A stretch of DNA of 64,000 nt from an uncultured Aequorivita sp. (lineage in GTDB: Bacteria; Bacteroidota; Bacteroidia; Flavobacteriales; Flavobacteriaceae), in the NCBI GenBank assembly GCA_964431895.1, contig CAYSLM010000001.1:792-64791 (forward strand). Direction: 5' to 3'. The position numbers were made by a program, and so were the translations under genes. This document shows, piece by piece, positions 57,307 to 64,000 of this stretch. Under the pieces are notes generated by a model, which saw nothing but the letters and a program-made list of their open reading frames with translations, made no database searches and had not been told where the DNA came from. The first letter of the stretch is position 1. Every line of letters begins with the position of its first letter.

Positions 57307-60300
57307 ATGGGTTCATTCAACTTTTCAAAATGGAACAAAATAACCGGCTGGTTTGTCTTTGCCGTGGCCTTGACCACCTATTGGTTGACCGTGGAACCTA
57401 CCGCCAGTTTTTGGGACGCCGGCGAATACATAACCACCGCAAGCAATCTGGAGGTAGGCCACCCACCGGGAGCCCCGCTGTACCAGTTGCTGGGAGCCTT
57501 TTTCTCTATCTTCGCCCCAGACGCCTCCCATATTGCGCTTACTATTAACCTGATGTCGGTTTTTGCCAGTGCATTTACCATATTGTTCATGTTCTGGTCG
57601 CTCACCATCCTGCTTACCAATATTATCTCGAAACATGAGGAAATAAACAAAACCAAGGCAATTGCCATTATTGGCAGTGCCGCCGTGGGCTCGCTTGCCT
57701 TTACCTTTACTGACAGTTTTTGGTTCAATGCCGTAGAGGCCGAGGTTTATGCCAGTGCTGCCTTTCTTATGTCGGTACTGTTCTATACGGCCCTGCGTTG
57801 GGAACGCGTTATGCTGGAACCGCGAGGAAACCGTTGGGTGATACTCATCGCTTTTATTATTGGTCTATCATTTGGGGTGCACTTTATGGCGCTACTCACC
57901 ATTCCGGCCATTGGGTTTTTATATTTCTTTAAGCATTATAAAACGGTTACGGTTAAAAATTTCATTGTGGCAAACCTAATGACCGTTGCCATTTTGCTCT
58001 TTATTTTTAAGCTGTTACTGCCCATGACGATGAAGTTTTTCAGTGCGTCAGAGCTCTTTTTCGTCAATAGTATAGGGCTACCGTTCAATTCGGGCACCAT
58101 TATCGCCGCCCTGTTGTTTGTGGTGCTGTTTATTTATGGCCTTCGCTATACGCGGCGCAAGCAATACGTACAGCTCAACACGCTTATTCTTTGCATTCTC
58201 TTCATATTTATTGGCTTCTCCAGCTGGTTGATGCTTCCCATCCGCGCCAATGCCGGCACGGTGATCAATGAAAACAACCCCAGTGACGCACGTGAGGTTC
58301 TGGCCTATTACAATCGCGAGCAATACCCGGAAACCCATCTGTTTTATGGCCCAATGTTTACGGAAAGCTACGTAGGTCTGGATGAAAAAAACCCTTATTT
58401 GGATGACAAACCGAATTATGAAAAAGACGAAGCCACGGGCAAGTACGTCATTGTAAACAACTATAAAAACGCCAGGCAAAATACCGATGATTCGCAAAAA
58501 GGATTTATGCCACGAATGTGGAGCACCGAGCACAACGCGAACTATCTGGAATTTACCGGCGGACTTGATTTTTCCATAAAAAGTGAATTTCTTAATGAGC
58601 CCCGGCTGGTAGAGGAGGTAAACAAATTTAAACAGGCCTACAACCAAGGCCTGGTTGATAAGGACGATTACGATCGGTTCTTGAAAAACTTCAGCGATTA
58701 CCTCGATATCCAAAGGCCGTCCTTTTTCCAGAACATGAAGTTTATGTTTGAATTTCAGTTCGGATATATGTACTGGCGCTATTTTATGTGGAATTTCGTA
58801 GGCAAACAGGACGATGTTCAGGGGCAGTACAATGACCTGCATGGCAATTGGCTGAGCGGCATAAAGTTCATTGACGAGCTGCGCCTTGGCAACCAGGACC
58901 AACTGCCCAGCGACATGAAAAACAACAAGGCACGAAACACGTATTATTTCCTGCCGTTGATCCTCGGTATTATAGGCCTGGTCTTCCACTTTAAGAATGA
59001 CCAAAAGAGTTTTTGGGTACTCTTGGTCTTTTTCCTTTTTACCGGACTGGCACTAAAGGTTTACCTCAATGAAAGACCTTTTGAGCCACGCGAGCGCGAT
59101 TATGCGCTGGTAGGTAGTTTCTACGTTTTTGCCATGTGGATTGGCTACGGGGTCTATGCCCTTTTTGATTTGGCAAAGAACTATATGAAACCCAAAATTG
59201 TGCTCCCACTGGTACTTATAGCAACTACCTTGGCGGCACCGGTGCTGCTTGCATCCCAAAACTGGGACGACCACGACCGAAGCCATCGTTATACCGCACA
59301 GTCTATGGCCAAGATGTATTTGGATTCATGTGATAGGAATGCCATTCTCTTTACCATAGGCGACAATGACACCTTTGCCCTATGGTATGCCCAAAACATT
59401 GAAGGGTACCGCCAGGACGTTCGCATTGTGAACACCAGTCTGTTCCAAACCGATTGGTATATCGATGATATGAAAAAGAAAGCCTTTGACAGCGACCCCA
59501 TCCCTTCGCAATTGACACACGATAAGTATAGCTGGGGCACGCGCGATTTCCTTATATATCAAAAAACCACCAAGGACACCATCGATATAAAAACCTGGAT
59601 GAACTTTGTAGCCAACGACAGCCCGGCTACCCAAATGCAACTGCCCAGTGGCCAGGAAATTCACACCTTCCCTTCCAAGGTCATCCGTATCCCGGTAGAC
59701 AAGGAAACCGTGCTGAAAAACGGAATAGTACCCCAAGAGGATGCCGATAAAATAGTGCCCGAAATCTATATAACCCTCAAAGGCGACGTAATTTATAAAA
59801 ACCGCATGATGATGCTCGACATTATCGCCAACAACAACTGGGAACGCCCCATTTATTTTAGCGGCGGCAGCTTTGGCGATGATGATTATCTATGGATGAA
59901 AGATTATCTGCAACTGGACGGGGTGGTCTATAAACTGGTGCCCATACGCACCCCTCTGGACAAGAGAAATCCATTTGATATGGGCCGCATAGATGCCGAC
60001 AAAATGTACAATATCGTCATGGGCTGGGACTGGGGCAATAGTGGCAGCGACGACATTTACCACGATACCGAAACAAGACGCAACGGCATCACCTACCGCA
60101 GTAACCTGGCCCGTCTTGCCGAAGCCCTCATCAACGAAGGAAAAGATGAAAAGGCCGAAAAGGTACTCGACCTGGCCATGGAAAAAATGCCGGTTAAATA
60201 TTTTGAATATTACAGTCTGCTGGAACCTTACGTACTCGGCTATTACGAACTGGATAAACGGCAAAAAGCCAGAAAGGTGTATGAAGATGTCACTAAGATT

Positions 60301-60630
60301 TACCAAGAACACCTCACCTACTACAACAGTCTAAAATTCAAAAGACAGCGCAATATTGCCTCAGAAATTATCAGCGATATGGAACGCTACCGAAGCCTGG
60401 TGCAAATAGTTGCCATGTATGATGATGAAGCCTTTGCGCGGGCCGAGGCCAAGACATTCAACGATTACCTCAAGCTTTTCAGTCATTTCTATTCGCCCGA
60501 TGAGGCCATAGATATTGAGGGAGAGGTAGAGCGCGATTCCTCTATCGAGATACCGTTGGATTCCAATCTCCTGGAAAAAATGGAAGCCGAACCCATCAAG
60601 AATATCGATGCAGAAAACCCAATAAATTAG
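57307..60630 (+). CDS. DUF2723/TMEM260-like multi-TM GT-C glycosyltransferase
   Basis: EPTASFWDAGEY, VGHPPG, WFNAVEAEVY, PRERDY, GDNDTF; start at ATG 57307 supported by TAAATTCG at 57275. Confidence 0.88.
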   Translation: MGSFNFSKWNKITGWFVFAVALTTYWLTVEPTASFWDAGEYITTASNLEVGHPPGAPLYQLLGAFFSIFAPDASHIALTINLMSVFASAFTILFMFWSLTILLTNIISKHEEINKTKAIAIIGSAAVGSLAFTFTDSFWFNAVEAEVYASAAFLMSVLFYTALRWERVMLEPRGNRWVILIAFIIGLSFGVHFMALLTIPAIGFLYFFKHYKTVTVKNFIVANLMTVAILLFIFKLLLPMTMKFFSASELFFVNSIGLPFNSGTIIAALLFVVLFIYGLRYTRRKQYVQLNTLILCILFIFIGFSSWLMLPIRANAGTVINENNPSDAREVLAYYNREQYPETHLFYGPMFTESYVGLDEKNPYLDDKPNYEKDEATGKYVIVNNYKNARQNTDDSQKGFMPRMWSTEHNANYLEFTGGLDFSIKSEFLNEPRLVEEVNKFKQAYNQGLVDKDDYDRFLKNFSDYLDIQRPSFFQNMKFMFEFQFGYMYWRYFMWNFVGKQDDVQGQYNDLHGNWLSGIKFIDELRLGNQDQLPSDMKNNKARNTYYFLPLILGIIGLVFHFKNDQKSFWVLLVFFLFTGLALKVYLNERPFEPRERDYALVGSFYVFAMWIGYGVYALFDLAKNYMKPKIVLPLVLIATTLAAPVLLASQNWDDHDRSHRYTAQSMAKMYLDSCDRNAILFTIGDNDTFALWYAQNIEGYRQDVRIVNTSLFQTDWYIDDMKKKAFDSDPIPSQLTHDKYSWGTRDFLIYQKTTKDTIDIKTWMNFVANDSPATQMQLPSGQEIHTFPSKVIRIPVDKETVLKNGIVPQEDADKIVPEIYITLKGDVIYKNRMMMLDIIANNNWERPIYFSGGSFGDDDYLWMKDYLQLDGVVYKLVPIRTPLDKRNPFDMGRIDADKMYNIVMGWDWGNSGSDDIYHDTETRRNGITYRSNLARLAEALINEGKDEKAEKVLDLAMEKMPVKYFEYYSLLEPYVLGYYELDKRQKARKVYEDVTKIYQEHLTYYNSLKFKRQRNIASEIISDMERYRSLVQIVAMYDDEAFARAEAKTFNDYLKLFSHFYSPDEAIDIEGEVERDSSIEIPLDSNLLEKMEAEPIKNIDAENPIN

Positions 60631-60637
60631 GAATGTT

Positions 60638-61315
60638 TTGAAATTGGTGAAAATGCCCAAAATACTTCAGTGGTTGTACCCTGGCCGCATTTGGGCATTT
60701 TCGCAAAAACAGAAGGCCGTCTATCTTACCTTTGATGATGGGCCCATTCCTGAAATCACCCCTTGGGTTTTGGGGCAACTGAAAAAACACAAGGCCCAAG
60801 CCACTTTTTTCTGCATAGGCGAAAACGTCAAGAAACATCCTCATATTTTTAATAGAATATTATCTGAAGGCCATGCCGTGGGCAATCACACCTTTCACCA
60901 TTTAAACGGATGGAAAACAGCGACTTCAAAATATATTGAAAACACTGAAAAAGCCCAACAACAAATGGGCAATTCCATATTCCGAAACCAGCAACCGACC
61001 GCGGCACGTATAGATTCAGAATTGTTTTTCAGGCCGCCCTATGGGAAGATAACCTCGAGACAGGCCAAAGTCCTTCGGAAAAAAGGCTTTAAGATTGTGA
61101 TGTGGAGCATTATTAGCTATGATTATGATGGCGGCGTTTCCCCGGAAAAATGCCTTGGAAATGTAACAAACCATCTGGTGCCGGGAAGCATAGTGGTTTT
61201 TCACGATAGTTTAAAGGCAGAAAAAAACCTTCGGTACGTCTTGCCGAAGGTATTGGAATATATTTCAGAAAAGGGGTGGGAAGCTAGATCACTTAAAGAA
61301 GGAAAAGCCACATAA
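60638..61315 (+). CDS. Polysaccharide deacetylase (CE4)
   Basis: TFDDGP, HTFHH, FRPPYG, VFHDS. Confidence 0.93.
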   Translation: MKLVKMPKILQWLYPGRIWAFSQKQKAVYLTFDDGPIPEITPWVLGQLKKHKAQATFFCIGENVKKHPHIFNRILSEGHAVGNHTFHHLNGWKTATSKYIENTEKAQQQMGNSIFRNQQPTAARIDSELFFRPPYGKITSRQAKVLRKKGFKIVMWSIISYDYDGGVSPEKCLGNVTNHLVPGSIVVFHDSLKAEKNLRYVLPKVLEYISEKGWEARSLKEGKAT

Positions 61316-61317
61316 TG

Positions 61318-61614
61318 TTATAGATATTCATTCACGAGGCCAATAAGGGTTCCCGCATCCTGTTCGCCACTTTGGCGCCATTTCATTTCACCGTTTTTAT
61401 AGATCATCAAAGTAGGCAGATCTTTTATTCTAAGGGCTTCGGCCAGCTCCTTGTTTTTCTGCACGTCAATTTTTATGACGCGGGCCCTATCGCCCATGGT
61501 CGCTGCCACTTCCCTCAACACCGGGTGCATCCCTTGGCAAGCCTTATCCGTTTCCGCATAGAAATCTAGCAGTACAGGCTGCTGGGTTTCAATTAATTCT
61601 CCAAATTTTGACAT
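61318..61614 (-). CDS. Thioredoxin-fold protein lacking CxxC
   Basis: VLLDFYA-ETDKAC-QGMHP, KIDV, LPTLMIYKNG. Confidence 0.88.
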   Translation of the reverse strand: MSKFGELIETQQPVLLDFYAETDKACQGMHPVLREVAATMGDRARVIKIDVQKNKELAEALRIKDLPTLMIYKNGEMKWRQSGEQDAGTLIGLVNEYL

Positions 61615-61647
61615 ATCCCTGATGTTTTAGTGAAACGATTGTATTTA

Positions 61648-61655
61648 CAAATATA
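61648..61655 (-). promoter_or_regulatory. -7 element TATATTTG for the thioredoxin-like gene
   Basis: Exact TAnnTTTG 33 nt upstream of the ATG. Confidence 0.55.
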
Positions 61656-61670
61656 ATATTTCCCCTTTTA

Positions 61671-62897
61671 TTACACCGCAAGCTGTTTCTTTTTAAGCTG
61701 AATAACAGTTATTTCCGGCCAGATTCCCACCCGTCCCGGGTAACCCAAAAAGCCAAATCCGCGGTTTACGTTTATATATCTTCCCAATTCCTCATACACG
61801 CCTGCCCAATATTTGTATTGATATTTTACCGGGCTCCATTTGACTATTCCGGGAATCTCGATGCCAAACTGCATGCCGTGGGTATGGCCGCTGAGGGTGA
61901 GGTGGAAATGACGCGGGTCATCCTTTACCTTTGACTGCCAGTGCGAGGGATCGTGGCTCATCAAGATTTTGAAGTCACTATCAAATATCCCCTCACAAGC
62001 CCTGTCAAGATCTCCCGCCTTAATAAACCCGTTCTCGCCCCAGTTTTCTACGCCTACCAGCGCTATTTTCTGTCCGTTTCTTTCAATATACCTGTTTTCG
62101 TTTAGAAGCAGCTCCCAGCCCATTTCCTTTTGGATCTGCTTCAATTTATTTAGGTTTTCCACCTTTTCCGAAGCGTTTTCCCAGCGTACATAATCGCCGT
62201 AGTCATGGTTTCCCAATACCGAATAAACACCATCTGGTGCCTTTAGGGTTGAAAAAAGGGCCTTCCACTCCTCCATTTCATCGGCCACGTTGTTTACCAG
62301 ATCGCCCGTAAAAAGTATGATATCGCTCTGCTGCCGGTTGGCCAGGTTTACGGCATATTCCACTTTTTTCTGATTGTCAAAACTACCGCTGTGAATATCG
62401 CTCAATTGCGTAATGGTATAACCGTCAAAGGCTTCGGGCAGGTCATCAAATTCCAATGCATATTTTAAAACCCTGTAATTATATTTTCCTTTCACCATCC
62501 CGTAAATGAGGGAGGCGAAGGGAATGGCAGCAAGGCCCAGGGCAAGGGTACTCACAAATTTTCTTCTGGAAGGCATAAAACCGGAATCACTACTTCCGGC
62601 AACTTTCATAAAAATTCCCACAAAAAACCGGACAATATCTTCGCCAAACATAAAAATAACGAGGATCAATTTCGGAAGGAATACCGCCAGGAATATTCCG
62701 AAGAAATACATCTTGGGCGGCCGCATCATCTTGCCCGAGCCCAGAAACGAAAGTTCATAGACAAGCCCGGCCAAAACGGCTACGGAAACAAAAACATATA
62801 ACCCGTAAAGCCAAGGATTTTTGGTCACGGTCCGTACGGCCTGAAAGGCATAAATATCAACGAGAATGTAAATGATAAAAAAGAGAAACCAGCGCAT
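61671..62897 (-). CDS. Membrane-bound metallophosphoesterase (YkuE/YaeI-like)
   Basis: SDIH, TGDLVN, GNHD, SHDP, GHTHG; N-terminal TM helices. Confidence 0.92.
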   Translation of the reverse strand: MRWFLFFIIYILVDIYAFQAVRTVTKNPWLYGLYVFVSVAVLAGLVYELSFLGSGKMMRPPKMYFFGIFLAVFLPKLILVIFMFGEDIVRFFVGIFMKVAGSSDSGFMPSRRKFVSTLALGLAAIPFASLIYGMVKGKYNYRVLKYALEFDDLPEAFDGYTITQLSDIHSGSFDNQKKVEYAVNLANRQQSDIILFTGDLVNNVADEMEEWKALFSTLKAPDGVYSVLGNHDYGDYVRWENASEKVENLNKLKQIQKEMGWELLLNENRYIERNGQKIALVGVENWGENGFIKAGDLDRACEGIFDSDFKILMSHDPSHWQSKVKDDPRHFHLTLSGHTHGMQFGIEIPGIVKWSPVKYQYKYWAGVYEELGRYINVNRGFGFLGYPGRVGIWPEITVIQLKKKQLAV

Positions 62898-63052
62898 AGG
62901 CAAAACAATTTTTAAAGGTAATAAGTTTAAAAATTCCCAAGCCGTTCTTTACTTTATTTTAACGGTTTTGATTGCACTTCGGAATTCTATTTTTGCAGAA
63001 AATTCCGGGGCCCGCCAGATAAAAAAGAATTGTTTCCTTAAAGTCAGTTTTT

Positions 63053-64000
63053 TTATTGCGAAAACACTTTCTCGCCCTTGCTTTCCTGCTCCTTAAATTT
63101 CATGACCAGGTCGAGCGCATCGGGAATTACATCGCTGCAAAGAATAATCAATGATCCTTTTTTGGCATTGTTTACCGCGTAGGTTATGGCTTCCCTTTCG
63201 GAAGGAATAATGGTTGTTTTCTTTTTCGGGTCCTTCATCTTGATACCGTCGTTGAGCATTTTGATGAGCTCTTCCTCGGTCCTTCCGCGCAGACGCTTAT
63301 CCTGCCGGATGATGATTTCATCAAACATTTCGGCGGCAATGCTGCCTATCTGGTTGGTATCTTCCTCCCTTCTATCGCCCACCCCGGCAATGATGCCAAC
63401 CTTGACGGAAGCGTCCAGATTGTCGGTAAATTTTTTGAGTGCCAGCATGCCGGCGGGGTTATGGGCATAATCGAGCAGGATATCAAAATTTTCAAATTTG
63501 AAAAGGTTCAGCCGTCCGGGTGTTTGCGATGCTGAAGGAATAAAGGTTTCCAAAGCGGCCTTCATATCCTCAATGCTTATGCCGCGCACATTGGCTGCAA
63601 TGATGGCCGGAAGAATATTCTGGATCATAAACGTGGCTTTTCCGCCATAGGTAAGCGGAATATCCTCAGCCTTCATGATACGCATTTTCCAGGTGCCACG
63701 GCACAGTGTAACATAGCCGTTTTCATATATTGCGGTAATACCCCCCAGTTTTTGAAGCGCCTTGATGCGCGGGTTTTCCTCATCCATGGAAAACAGGGCG
63801 AGGTTGCAGTTAATGCTCCGCCGCATATCAAAAACCAAATCGTCATCGGCATTGAGGATGGCGTACCCATCGGGCAGTACCGTTTCAGGGATTACGCCCT
63901 TTACCTTTGCCAATTGCTCAATGGTGTGTATTCCCTTAAGCCCCAAGTGGTCTGCGGCCACGTTGGTGACAATGCCCACATCGCATTTCTTAAACCCCAG
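63053..64000 (-). CDS. cphA: Cyanophycin synthetase, C-terminal Mur-ligase part (runs off right edge)
   Basis: VTNVAADHLG, ILNADD, PGRLN, DYAHNP, GDRR..D, DKRLRGR. Confidence 0.85.
   Translation of the reverse strand: MGFKKCDVGIVTNVAADHLGLKGIHTIEQLAKVKGVIPETVLPDGYAILNADDDLVFDMRRSINCNLALFSMDEENPRIKALQKLGGITAIYENGYVTLCRGTWKMRIMKAEDIPLTYGGKATFMIQNILPAIIAANVRGISIEDMKAALETFIPSASQTPGRLNLFKFENFDILLDYAHNPAGMLALKKFTDNLDASVKVGIIAGVGDRREEDTNQIGSIAAEMFDEIIIRQDKRLRGRTEEELIKMLNDGIKMKDPKKKTTIIPSEREAITYAVNNAKKGSLIILCSDVIPDALDLVMKFKEQESKGEKVFSQ

Noticed and set aside
58078-59004. 308-aa minus-strand ORF and many similar 100-250 aa antisense ORFs
   Set aside because: They lie wholly opposite well-supported genes and have no motifs; typical codon-bias shadows.
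62530-62580. SRRKF as a Tat export signal
   Set aside because: It is internal, follows several TM helices, and is a common feature of this phosphoesterase family.

Overview
64 kb of a Flavobacteriaceae-type (Bacteroidota) chromosome; the taxonomy is inferred from gene content and TAnnTTTG promoters. From 1 to 22 kb it is mostly housekeeping: folC (partial), tonB-exbD-exbB, nhaD, an amino-acid dehydrogenase, anmK, an acyl-CoA dehydrogenase, a porin, rnhB, a glucosaminidase and hemL. This stretch also holds a two-gene accessory block. One gene is a TPR-HisKA-HATPase-REC-AraC hybrid sensor whose ATP-binding boxes are degenerate; it converges on a secreted phage-fibre-like protein. From 22.3 to 56.8 kb lies a flexirubin-type (aryl polyene-dialkylresorcinol) pigment cluster with TAL, CoA ligase, KS/CLF pairs, ACPs, darA/darB, MMPL, LolA, an ABC exporter, a methyltransferase and a flavin halogenase. 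The cluster also carries a translationally coupled JmjC oxygenase and a gene broken by both a stop codon and a frameshift. The right end holds tRNA-Gln, a DUF2723/TMEM260-like glycosyltransferase, a deacetylase, an atypical thioredoxin, a metallophosphoesterase and the 3' end of cphA. Intergenic spaces carry several different REP/MITE-like remnants with no transposase. All calls come from reading motifs by eye; no searches were run.
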